From the NCBI GenBank assembly GCA_002269645.1, contig NIVC01000704.1, positions 17,692-81,691 on the forward strand: DNA of 64,000 nucleotides, given 5' to 3'. The DNA comes from Macrostomum lignano. Its lineage: Eukaryota. This document shows, piece after piece, positions 24,983-36,644 of the stretch (positions are counted from its first letter, which is position 1; the number at the start of each line of letters is the position of its first letter). The position numbers and the translations under genes are program-made. Below the pieces are notes generated by a model. It worked only from the letters and a program-made list of their open reading frames with translations, was not told the DNA's origin and did not search any database.

Positions 24983-26611
24983 CAAGGGGCACTAGATAAG
25001 TTTTTAGCTGCAGTCAACATGTAACAGTTATAAAGATGAAACTTTTAGAGCTTTTCAAAGTACTCTCCATCAGCTTGGATGCACCGCCTCATCTGCTCAA
25101 ACCAAGTTTCAAAGCAGTGGCGCCACTCTGAGTGGGATACCCCCTCAATGGCCGATCTATAGGCATCAACAGCCTCTTCGGCGGAGGAAAATCGGCACCC
25201 TCGCATGGAATTCTTGATGAATGGAAACAATTGATGACCATTGATGAATGGTCAGGTGAATATGGTGGATGACCATACATGCGCAACAGTCGGCCGAGTC
25301 GGCCGATCTGGCCGACCGATTTGGCAGCCAACCAAGGAAGTCGCAAAAATGCCAACCCGAAAAAAACACCGAGTAGTAGTACTAAGTAGCTGACGAGGCA
25401 TTTTGGCTTTATAAGACAGTCATAGTTACTCCTGCCGTTTACCCAAAGTTGCGTTAATTTTGCTTTTGGGTTTTTTTACATGTGCATTTTTGGCCCAAAC
25501 CTACGATGTTGCATTTTTGGCCAAAAACTACGTCGCATTTTTGTTAAAACTAAGTCGCATGGCCGACCGAAATTTGGAGGTTGCGCATGTATGTGGATGA
25601 CTGAGCTGTTGGAAGCCCACCGTCTGTAGAAACTCTCGAGTTCAATTTGCCAGTGTGCGCACTGGCGTTGTCCTGGTGCAGCCAGAGACCTCGAATGCCG
25701 CACTTTGGCCGCGCCTCTTTAAGGCTGCTGATGACACGCAGCAGGCAGATGGTGCAGTACCAATCTGCAGTCACTGTGCACTGGCTCTCGAGTGCTACAG
25801 TCGCAATGTGGCCAGTCTTTTGGAAGAAAGTTGCCACCATTTGCTTGCCAGTGCTCCGACCCCTGACAACCTTGGCGTTCTTCATCTTCAAAAGCCCACA
25901 CACGCAACTGGCATTTTTGCTCGGGTTCGTAGCAATACACCCACGTTTTGTCACATGTGACAATGTCTGTGACAGACTTCGACGTCCCTCCACCAAACCT
26001 GTCCAGCATTTCCTGGCACCAGCTCATGCGGGCCTGCTTCTGCTCAGCAGTGAGCAAATGCGGCACCCAGTGACTGGTCAGCTTGCAGACTGCAAGGTGA
26101 TCACAAAGGATAGAAGCGACTGTCAGTGATGAGATACCAAGACATGCCTTAATTGTTTGATATGTCACTTGCCGATCAGCCTCAATCATGTGCTGCACGT
26201 GGTCGATAGTTTCAGGTGTCATCACTGAAACAGGTCGGCCAGTTTGACCTTTGTCTTCCAAGCTGTCTCGGCCACGCTTGAACTTTTGGAACCAGGCGGT
26301 GACAGTGGCGATGGATGGCGCAAGGTTAGGAAAGGCAGCAGACAGCCACTTGTGGCACTGGTGAAATGTCAAGCTGCTCTTAAAATCATAGAAAATCATG
26401 GCACAAAAGTGTTCACGATTGAGCTCCATTACAGTGCTGAAAGAGTCACAGACCTTGTTGAGATAAAATGCAACAGTGAGAGAATGGTGACAATTAGGTG
26501 CATGAAACTTTGGGGATCATGATAAAACTTCTTATTCAATATGCTCAGAAAATATGGCCTCATTTGAATAAACAGTTTGACCACAGCTAAAAACTTATCT
26601 AGTGCCCCTCG
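24983..26611 (-). mobile_element. Full-length but inactivated mariner transposon
   Basis: TIRs C(A/G)AGGGGCACTAGATAAGTTTTTAGC; TA TSD; transposase from ATG 26429 with WVPHLL, CDKTW, HQDNASAH, HPPYSPD and C-terminal DGEYFEKL; frameshifts plus a MITE insertion. Confidence 0.95.
25274..25593. mobile_element. hAT-type MITE (CATACATGCGCAAC TIR) inserted in the mariner
   Basis: Perfect 14-bp TIR; 8-bp TSD TGGATGAC; removing it restores QLSHPPYSPD. Confidence 0.92.
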
Positions 26612-27102
26612 TAATATATATTAAAGCCTATAAAGGTACCATTACCCATAAGCCTAAAGATCTAGGTAAACTTGTCAACTTTATTAGTTAACTTTGTTGT
26701 AACTAATTTGCTATATAACAAAATATATAGGAGTAAAAGATGCTGACAAAAATAAAAGCAATAAAGTTTACATTATAATTGTATATGTATTTATAATTAA
26801 TTTATAAATTTATTTTGATCAATTGAAATTGATTTTTATTGTTGATTTTTATTGTTTATCTCATTCTCATTGTCAAGCTTGTTGTTGCCATCAAATATTC
26901 CTAATTTTGTTTTTATAGTTTTATCTTATCTTGTATTTTATCGCATTTGTATATGGCAAACTACTAGGTAGTATGTGCTACTGTCTAAAATCTAGTCAAT
27001 CTAGTGAAAGATAATCTGGCTTACCAAACTCTTTTACCAAAATGGGCATACAAAACACATTACAAAGAAGTAGCATATATTACCATTTGCAAGTTATTCA
27101 AT

Positions 27103-27646
27103 CATATATGTGCAACCCCCTGATTTATACTGGTTATGCAACTTACTTTTTGACCAAAAATGCAATTTACCTATGAAAGAAACCCTAAAGCAAAATTAAT
27201 GCAATTTTGAATAAATGGCAGGAATAACTATTATTGTCTTATAAAGTCTATGATGTCATAATGTCAATGCTTTAAGGTTAGGTTTAGGGTTAGGGTTAGG
27301 GTTAGGGTTAGGTTTAGAAGGTTAACATATTTTTTAAGATTTCAAGGCTTACGGGGGGAATTGCTAAGATGTCAAGGGGGAGTTGATATGCTAAGGCTTG
27401 TGGGGGGGGAGGAATTGCTGGCATGTCAAGGCTTACAAGGGGTTGCTGAGGTATAATGCAAAGAGACGCTTATATGTAGTTTATTAAAAAACTTGTGCTG
27501 TATTTTTTGGCTCCCCAACGGGGGGCGCTGATTGCTAGTACTATGTCTATATTCTTTTTTTGTGGGCATTTTTGCAACTTACCCTTGGTCTACCACAATT
27601 AATGGTAGCCAAATCAGCCAGATTGGTCAATAGTTGCGCATGTTTA
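27103..27646. mobile_element. Older copy of the same hAT-type MITE, containing a Helitron 3' fragment
   Basis: Degenerate TIRs; TSD TATTCAAT; uninterrupted counterpart at 50742-51018. Confidence 0.8.
27251..27538 (+). mobile_element. Helitron family B 3'-end fragment with TTAGGG repeats
   Basis: Reverse complement of ~16030-16275; ends hairpin-CTAG|T. Confidence 0.85.
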
Positions 27647-28500
27647 TATTCAATAATGGAGATATCTAACATTGAAAATTAGGCAATTCTTGTTATGATG
27701 ACAACCATATAAATAATGATTTAGTTTTTTGTAGTCAATACAATAAATACTATCTAGGGTTAAATATAACTGTTTAACTAGGCTTAATTAAGAAAAATGC
27801 TTTTTTACAAAGGTCAAGTAGACTGTGATTTTCAAAAAATGCTAGAAACAGTGCTAGAAAAAACTTATTGACTAAATTTTTATTCTGTTTGATAAAGATT
27901 ATATAAGTTGAAAGCACAATGTAAAAATAAATCCAAAGACTTGATTATGATTGCATAACTATATTGTTGAATTTAATAGACTGATTCTGTCCTAGGGCTT
28001 TTCTGTCTGTTATAGATATTTCCTATTTCTTACTAGTAGCATTCTTACTCTATATTAGTAGCATTCTATGTAGGCCTAGGCAATCCTAATACTAAAACTC
28101 ACATGTTGTTTATCTATGTATTCGGTAACTCCTCTGAAAATACTGCCAAGTCAGCATTGAAACTTATATAGGCAAACTGCAAATTTTAATGTATATTACT
28201 ATTACTGGTATACATATTGTGTGTATGTCTTCTAGCCTTGGGCATTCCTAGGATTAGAGAGTCATGGCCTTCAATATCTACATATGCTCTGAGATCTACT
28301 TTGTTTCTATCTGATTTCAGTATTCGAATTATTATTAAGTATATGCTCCTTCTATTTTACTCAGAAAATTAAACAGTTCAGATGCAATTCCCAATTTATT
28401 TGGAACTCACTTTCTTATTACCTAATAAATTCTTTTTCTTAGTCAAAGAGGTTGCAATGATTAGAAAACAGTTATTCCCTATTTAACCCAAAGTTTATAG

Positions 28501-29504
28501 CAAGGACGACTTAAGTAGAAGGACGGGAAACCTCGTTTCTTAGAAATTTTTTGAAGGCACTTTTTCCCGAAAAAATACACTGCGGAGATAGGAAATTTTC
28601 ATTTTTTCAGCACAAAAATTGCTATAACTTTTGATAGGAGGCAGATCCAGTGTTGATCTTTTGATATGTTGTGCCTTTTTTATTGCTCTATCGATATTTA
28701 TAAAGCTTTCTGTTCAGAAAATTAGGATTCTATGTTAATTTTTTATTCTACGTATATTTCCTGTATCTAAAAATCACAAAAATGCATGACACAGCTTCAA
28801 TATTTGGTTTTATGAACCTATTTTATCATACATGCGCAACCTCCAAAATTCGGTCGGCCGTGCGACTTAGTTTTAACAAAAATGCGACGTAGTTTTTGGC
28901 CAAAAATGCGACTTACATGTAAAAAAACCCTAAAGCAAAATTAACGCAACTTTGGGTAAACGGCAGGAGTAACTATGACTGTTTTATTAAGCCAAAATGC
29001 CTCGTCAGCTACTTAGTACTACTACTTGGGTATTTTTTTAGGTGGACATTTTTGCGACTTCCTTGGTTGGCTGCCAAATCAGTCGGCCGGATCGGCCGAC
29101 TCGGCCGACTGTTGCGCACGTATGTATTTTATCATCTCTGTTACAAATATTCGCTACACAGTCAGGTAAGAAGGATAAAATAGACTCATAAAATCAAAGA
29201 GCCAAGCCGTGGCATTCTAATGTATTTCAAGCACAAGACACATGAAAATATACGTAGAATAAAAAATTAACATAGAATCCTAATTTTCTGAACAGAAAGC
29301 TTTATAAATATCGATAGAGCAATAAAAAAGGCACAACATATCAAAAGATCAACACTGGATCTGCCTCCTATCAAAAGTTATAGCAATTTTTGTGCTGAAA
29401 AAATGAAAATTTCCTATCTCCGCAGTGTATTTTTTCGGGAAAAAGTGCCTTCAAAAAATTTCTAAGAAACGAGGTTTCCCGTCCTTCTACTTAAGTCGTC
29501 CTTG
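28501..29504. mobile_element. Foldback-type non-autonomous DNA transposon with ~259-bp TIRs
   Basis: TIRs start CAAGGACGACTTAAG and appear identical over ~259 bp; TSD GTTTATAG; empty site 49887-49894. Confidence 0.9.
28827..29124. mobile_element. hAT-type MITE copy nested in the foldback element
   Basis: CATACATGCGCAAC...GTTGCGCACGTATG; TSD TATTTTAT. Confidence 0.9.
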
Positions 29505-29739
29505 GTTTATAGATCTATTTTTACTAAAAAATTGGTTCTATTTAAAACAAAGAAAATATATACTTTGGAAAATATGCAAAGCAAAACAAATTAGCTTTCT
29601 AAAAAATCCATGCAGATTTAATTTGCAAAAAAGTTCTTATTTCATGCAAGAAGGCCTTAAACAATACTAACTGAGAAACTGTGTATATCATAACTGCTTT
29701 TTGTGACATTTACCTTTAACTACCCCTGTTTTCATGCCA

Positions 29740-32273
29740 ATGGGCGCCTTCCTAGACAAACCTGTTGTAAACAAAGTGTCCGGCAGCGGCCAGCTGCCCG
29801 ACGGCATCGCCTACGGCCACTCCACCATGCAGGGCTGGCGCACCAGCCAGGAGGACGCGCACGCCTGCGCTCCCGGCTTCGACGCCAGCCAGCCAGACCG
29901 GCACCTGTTCGCCGTCTTTGATGGCCACGGCGGCGCCGAGGTGGCACTCTACCTGGCCAAGCACCTCCCCCAGTACCTGCTGCAGACTGACACCTACCAG
30001 AGCGGCGACTTTGAACAAGCGCTCAAGGACGCCTTTCTTGGCCTCGATGCCAAGCTGCTCGAGCCCGAGGTGGCCGCCGTGCTGAAGAGCCTCGCCAAAT
30101 CGGCCGAAGACGACTCCGAGTCCGACCAGGACGCCATGGCCGAGGAGGCCAGCGCCCTGCGCGAGGAGGCTGACATGCCGCTGGACCGCCTGCTGCGCAC
30201 CATCAACGCGGCCGCAGCGGCCAGGCGTCAGCGTAGGGCAGAGGAAGGTGAGATTTTTCGGATCCAATCTCTTACCATCATTCACTGACCATTTCTGACC
30301 AATTCTAAATATCACCCTCTCTGACCAATTCTGACCATCATCCTCTGACCAATTCTGACCATCATCCTCTGACCAATTCTGACCATCACCCTCTGACCAA
30401 TTCTGACCATCATCCTCTGACCAATTCTGACCATCACCCTCTGACCAATTCTGACCATCACCCTCTGACCAATTCTGACCATCATCCTCTGACCAATTCT
30501 GACCATCACCCTCTGACCAATTCTGACCATCATCCTCTGACCAATTCTGACCATCATCCTCTGACCAATTCTGACCATCATCCTCTGACCAATTCTGACC
30601 ATCATCCTCTGACCAATTCTGACCATCATCCTCTGACCAATTCTGACCATCATCCTCTGACCAATTCTGACCATCATCCTCTGACCAATTCTGACCATCA
30701 CCCTCTCTGAGCAATTCTGACCATCATCCTCTGACCAATTCTGACCATCACCCTCTGACCAATTCTGACCATCATCCTCTGACCAATTCTGACCATCATC
30801 CTCTGACCAATTCTGACCATCATCCTCTGACCAATTCTGACCATCATCCTCTGACCAATTCTGACCATCATCCTCTGACCAATTCTGACCATCATCCTCT
30901 GACCAATTCTGACCATCATCCTCTGACCAATTCTGACCATCATCCTCTGACCAATTCTGACCATCATCCTCTGACCAATTCTGACCATCATCCTCTGACC
31001 AATTCTGACCATCATCCTCTGACCAATTCTGACCATCATCCTCTGACCAATTCTGACCATCATCCTCTGACCAATTCTGACCATCATCCTCTGACCAATT
31101 CTGACCATCACCCTCTCTGAGCAATTCTTCAGTTATTGCCTACAAACTTATTTAATCTTCTCAATCGCCAGTGAGTCAGCTGAAGCCGCTGTCGCTGAAA
31201 ACGAGAACAACGAGAATACGGAGCGGGAGGCGGCCGCCCACACCGCCGACTCTGCCGATAACGGCGTCAATGGTTCTGCCGCCGCCGCCACCGCTGCTGC
31301 TGCCACCAACGACGAGGGCGCCGGCAGTTCGTCGAATGCGGAGGCGAAGGCAGCGGCGGAGGAAGACGCCGAGGCAGAGGAAGACGACAAAGACTACGTG
31401 CCCGGCGAAGCGGATGAGGAAGAGGAGGAGGAAGAAGAGGAAGACGAGGAAAGCAAAGATGAGGGCGATGAAGATGAGGAGGATGGCGAGGAAGGTGAGG
31501 AAGGCGACGATGATGAAGAGGAGGACTCCGAATCCGAGGAATCGGACGAGTCAGAAGAGTACGAGGTCATCATGCCCACCGGTGACGACCCCGGCGTGGA
31601 CTCCGGGACCACCGCCGTGGTGGCCCTGATGGTTGGCGACCGGCTGTTCGTGGCCAACGCTGGCGACTCGCGCGCTGTCCTGTCCGATGCCGGCGTCGCG
31701 GTCGACATGAGCGACGATCACAAGCCGGAGGATGAGCCAGAGCGGCAGCGCATCGAGACTGCTGGCGGTCACGTGACTAAGGAGGGCCGCGTGAACGGCG
31801 GCCTGAACTTGAGCCGAGCCATCGGAGACCACGCCTACAAGCAGAACTCCGAGCTGACGGCCGCCAAGCAGATCATCAGCCCGCTGCCCGACGTTCGCTC
31901 GGTCACCATCACAGACAGTCACCGGTTTCTTCTGTTGGCCTGCGACGGCATCTGGAACTCGATGTCCTCCCAGGAGGCCGTGGACTTCTGCGAGAAGCGC
32001 CTGTCCGCCGGGCTTGGCCCCGAGCAGGTGTGCGAGGCCCTGTTCGACCACTGCCTGGCCCCCAACACCGAGGACTCGGACGGGACCGGCTGCGACAACA
32101 TGACGGCCGTGCTGGTCCGCTTCCACGGCGCCGACCAGCAGCAGGCGGCGGAAGGCGTCTCCCGCAAGCGCCAGCTGCCATCAGCCGGCCAGGAGGCCGA
32201 GGCCGCCGCCGGCGCTGAAGCTTCCGCCGCGGCCGCTGGGGAGAGTGAGAGCAAGAGAGCCAAGGAGGGCTAG
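29740..32273 (+). CDS. PPM1G: Protein phosphatase 1G (PP2C-gamma), left copy; exons 29740-30247 and 31180-32273
   Basis: [25 protein letters not shown], long acidic insert, [39 protein letters not shown] donor at 30248; in-frame acceptor is the CAG at 31177-31179. An upstream in-frame ATG exists at 29734. Confidence 0.92.
30285..31122. repeat. 24-bp intronic tandem array (CTGACCAATTCTGACCATCATCCT)
   Basis: ~34 units in two blocks; right-arm counterpart 48880-49112 has only ~8-9. Confidence 0.95.
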
Positions 32274-32396
32274 GATTGTGGCAACTGTTGACTGCTTTGC
32301 ATGCGGCATTTGACCTTTGACCCCGCCCTGTCTGCTGTGTTGCTTTCTGTGTCAGCGAGCTGAGCTTATCGCCAATCATGTATGAAATTATCTTGG

Positions 32397-32900
32397 GTGA
32401 TGCTGGTGATTATCATGGGTGATGCTGGTGATTATCATGGGTGATGCTGGTGATTATCATAGATGATGCTGGTGATTATCATGGGTGATGCTGGTGATTA
32501 TCATAGATGATGCTGGTGATTATCATAGATGATGCTGGTGATTATCATGAGTGATGCTGGTGCTTATTATAGGTGATGCTGGTGATTATTATAGGTGATG
32601 CTGGTGATTATCATGAGTGATGCTGGTGATAATCATAGGTGATGCTGGTGATTATCATAGATGATGCTGGTGATTATCATGGGTGATGCTGGTGATTATC
32701 ATAGATGATGCTGGTGATTATCATGGGTGATGCTGGTGATTATCATAGATGATGCTGGTGATTATCATAGATGATGCTGGTGATTATCATAGCTGATGCT
32801 GGTGATTATCATGGGTGATGCTGGTGATTATCATGGGTGATGCTGGTGATTATTTTAGGTGATGCTGGTGATTATCATGGGCGATTCTGGTGATTATTAT
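32397..32900. repeat. 22-bp tandem array (GATGCTGGTGATTATCATGGGT); inverted copy 47100-47605
   Basis: Read directly. Confidence 0.95.
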
Positions 32901-33621
32901 GACTCCGATTAGTGTTTAAGTCCATAGCCAGCAATGATGATTATTACTGCAAGCCAGGTGATCATCTGCTCGAGTAAACAGGTTATGTTTATCATGAAAA
33001 TTTGGATTTAATGAATGGCTCAGCTATCATTCCAGAATAGTTCATGAATCAGGCCATTGGCTCCCTCACCGTGCTGGCAGATAAATGAACTGGCTGGCCT
33101 CCCCCGATTTGAATAATTTGTGCTTTTGTCCAGTTGTGTGTGCGTGTTGCCATGCAAAAAATGCATTTCAACGACCCAGTTGAACCCCCTTTCTGCAGTC
33201 CCTCGCTTTACTTTTCAAAAGTAAAACGTGTCGCTGTTTCCATTTTTTACCGTTTCTCCCCGACCTGAATGAACTCGCCTCCCAGCGTTTGCGTTTCTTG
33301 TTGTCGCTTTTAAACTGCGCATCAAATTGTTAATCTCTGTGTGTTCCGGGTTGCGCACTGGTTACATTTTTCATAGCTGTTCTTTTCGCTTACTGAGCGA
33401 GTTTTAGCCTGGTCGGCCGATTCCGTACCTGAGGTGATGAAAATTAATTAATACTTGAATAATTAGGCCATACTAATAAACATATTGTCTATTTTTATTT
33501 GTTCGCGCAGCGGCGGGCAACAGTCCGGTCTGCCCGGCCCTGATTGAGGAAATGCCTGGCTGGGTCTGCCTTCGTTTATCGCTTTATTGTTTGATGTACT
33601 TCACAGCAGAGATCCGCCATC

Positions 33622-33868
33622 TCAGATACTCGGGTCGGGTAGCCACTGAGTCCAGATACTCGGGTCGGGTCGCCACTGAGTCCCAGATACTCGGGTCGGG
33701 TCGCCACTGAGTCCCAGATACTCGGGTCGGGTCGCCACTGAGTCCCAGATACTCGGGTCGGGTCGCCACTGAGTCCCAGATACTCAGGTCGGGTAGCCAC
33801 TGAGTCCCAGATACTCAGGTCGGGTAGCCACTGAGTCCCAGATACTCAGGTCGGGTAGCCACTGAGTC
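33622..33868. repeat. 31-bp tandem array (CAGATACTCGGGTCGGGTCGCCACTGAGTCC); inverted copy 46068-46376
   Basis: ~8 units left, ~10 right. Confidence 0.95.
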
Positions 33869-33981
33869 TCTATAATAAATCTAAGGCTAGAAAATACAGT
33901 TGTACTTTTATAGAAGCAATCAGTTAACTTGCACTTTAACTCTGTTTCAGCGGCAGCCGCGCGCTCAGCTCCCGCCCGCCA

Positions 33982-34287
33982 ATGTCCGCCTGCCTGCCGC
34001 TTGCCGCCAACGCTCCCCTGCCAGCCGTAGACACCGTCGGCTGGTCGACACCGCGCCGCGCCGTCTCAGTGAGCGCCACGCGAGCCCGTGCCGCTGATGG
34101 CGGCAGCGCCACGACGCGCCGCTGCATTCTCGGCGAACTCTCGTCGATCTCGGCAACCGTGGCGCCGGCCGCCGCCCCAGCAGCGGCGGCAAGACTCGAC
34201 TCGCCGCGTCGCCGCCTGGCGCAACTGGCGCGCCAGTTCTGCGCCACGCGCCATCCTACGCTTGGCGCCACTGGTGCAGAACGCTAG
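33982..34287 (+). CDS. Hypothetical 101-aa Ala/Arg-rich protein or exon
   Basis: GC-rich island preceded by a good acceptor (TTAAC...TCTGTTTCAG at 33950); same translation in the right arm; no recognised homology. Confidence 0.35.
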   Translation: MSACLPLAANAPLPAVDTVGWSTPRRAVSVSATRARAADGGSATTRRCILGELSSISATVAPAAAPAAAARLDSPRRRLAQLARQFCATRHPTLGATGAER

Positions 34288-34766
34288 TTCAGGTGTGGAG
34301 TCTATGGCCGAACCGCCCCAAAGCACTCTCGATGTCGTACATCTTAGATAGTTTAAACTGTTGTCTCATCATTTTTCATTTTTCGCCGCGTCGCCGACGA
34401 TGCTGGATTTTCGGTCAAGCTGACGTCTATTGAACCTCTGTGCCTCTCTGTCTCTCCGCCTATAGCTGTGATGCAGTGGAACTTTTCATTCATTTCGATT
34501 GATTGCTAAATAAATAGTTAATAATCACTTTTTTAGTAATTTTTCAGCTTTTCTAATCACTATCATCACTCAAATTAGCGGCTTGGCTGTTTTATTCAAA
34601 AACTTATTTCGAATAGTTTTTACGGTTGCATTCGTGCATTAGTTTATGGCAAAGTTGTCAAGCTGTGTTAGAAAAAGAGCTTGAAAAGCTTGCATCTTGC
34701 ACACAACTGCGCGCAGTCCACCCGATTGCTTGTGCGGCTAACTGGGGCGTCAACTCGTCGAGAGAC

Positions 34767-36202
34767 ATGCGACGCAGTCTGAACATTCACGCGACCACCA
34801 GCCAGAATGTTACCCTGGACTCCCTGATGCTGAAGGTCTTCCAGAGCATGGCCAGGAAGAAGGACTCCGGCCTCACCTCGGACGACATCATTGTTGCCAT
34901 GCGCCGCCAGAATCCCTACAAGTTCATCAGCAATGACGTGTACGACCTGATCCATTCCGCTCTGGGCACCGAGGGAGTCGACGTCACCAGCTTCCGGGTG
35001 AGAGCTGGAAGACTTTAGGGTTGAGGAGGTCCAGATTCGAGTGTTCCAGATATTTGCATGTGTGTACTAGTAGAACTCAAACTTTGCGGGTTTGCACTTA
35101 CTCGCCGCCAGTTGTTGGCAATACGGTTACAAGTACCCGCTACAAGAAATTTGAACGAAGTTTCCCCGCCTGACCTTATTGTATGTAGTAGCCATAGACC
35201 TGTTGGTGATGTTTGAACAAGTTTTAAGCCATGATAGAAAGGTCTCGCAAACACAACGGACCCAAGGGCTCATTTATTTTGGTGCTTGTGCACGAAAATT
35301 GGCCGGAGGTTGTCGTACGATTCACACCTACGAGGGCCAAGCTCCAAGGTACACGTCTGGCAGTTACAAACTTAGGGCCGCTGTACAGTGTACACCCTGG
35401 GCCTTTTCATATTGCTTGTTCTGGTACCAGAACCAATTTGTGAAGTAATTTTGTCTCCATAACTAGAGGGAGATACGTGCCATAAAGTTTTTATTATTGA
35501 ATGACAATCGCCAAGAAGAAAGTGAAAAATTGTGCTAAGTGAGGTTGTTAAAGGCAGTCAAATATTAACAGAGTTAAATAGTTATACTGCTGTTTTTCTT
35601 GGAATTCCGAACCGATTCTGGAATTGGTAATATGAAAAGGCCCCTGCTGTGTGAGCACTGTTTATGAGTGCGTGCTTGCGTACGACATTTTCGTATAGTC
35701 TGCGAAATGGCAGAATTGCCTCACTAATATTTAGGGAACGGCATAAAGTGACCACAGCTCTCGCGCAAATGCTTGTTCACTTCATTTCTATCAACCTCGC
35801 GCTCACCGCCGCCGCCCCTCAAAGAACTTCGCCGCCCGCATCATCAGCGAGAACGTTGAGAATTACCTAAACGAGTACATGGAGGCGCTGCAGGTGGGCA
35901 ACGAGGGCTGCCTCACCCGCTACCGCCTGGAGATGCTCTTCTGCCAGGAGATCGGCGCCAAGATCAGCCACACCGATGAGGCCTTCGATTCGCTCGAAGA
36001 TGACTCCGTCATCACCGTGGAGACGCTCTGGCGGCTGCTAGAGGACAGGCGGCGCCTGCTTAGCTCTTTGGTGAGGCACATCTTCCGGACGGAGATTAAT
36101 GCAGACTGCGGTGACGACATCCTCGACAGGTTCACCTCGACCACCGCCGACATGCTCAGCAAGAGGAGAAGCCGCCGGTGCAGCTGCTGCAACCTGCTGT
36201 GA
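34767..36202 (+). CDS. Hypothetical ~202-aa protein, possibly EF-hand-like, with C-terminal polybasic-CaaX; exons 34767-34997 and 35825-36202
   Basis: Two GC-rich exons; CGG|GTGAG donor joins in phase 0 to AAG|AAC; ends KRRSRRCSCCNLL*. Confidence 0.6.
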
Positions 36203-36644
36203 CTGAATTAACAATTGATTACTTGTTTAGACTGCTTGATTCGGCTATGCCATTGTTTGAAATTTAATAGAATTTGGCCGCTATTAAAAACATGCATGTC
36301 GTCTTGGTGCTCCTGTTTTGCTAATTTTTTAAATAACGGGAACAACATGGAAATGTATTGACGTCGCTTAAATTGACAAACTGTAATACTGTAAAATGAA
36401 GTGTCAACAAATGCTAGTCCAAGTCCCCATCCTAGTGGTATTAAATTTAAACCCAAGACTTGTCCGAGCAAATGTCTATAATTAAAGTTTTATGATGCTC
36501 TCGATCGCATCGATGATACATAGAAAAGGTAAATTCTACTTCCCGTCATCCCTAACAATTCAGAATTTTTGGAATCGACACGCATAACATAAAAGTATCT
36601 TTGAATAATCTCCCACTTTTCAATTTTTGTTTTCATCTGTCCCG

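Noticed and set aside
29752-31124. Minus-strand [16 protein letters not shown] ORFs
   Set aside because: Antisense to PPM1G exon 1 plus the 24-bp intronic repeat.
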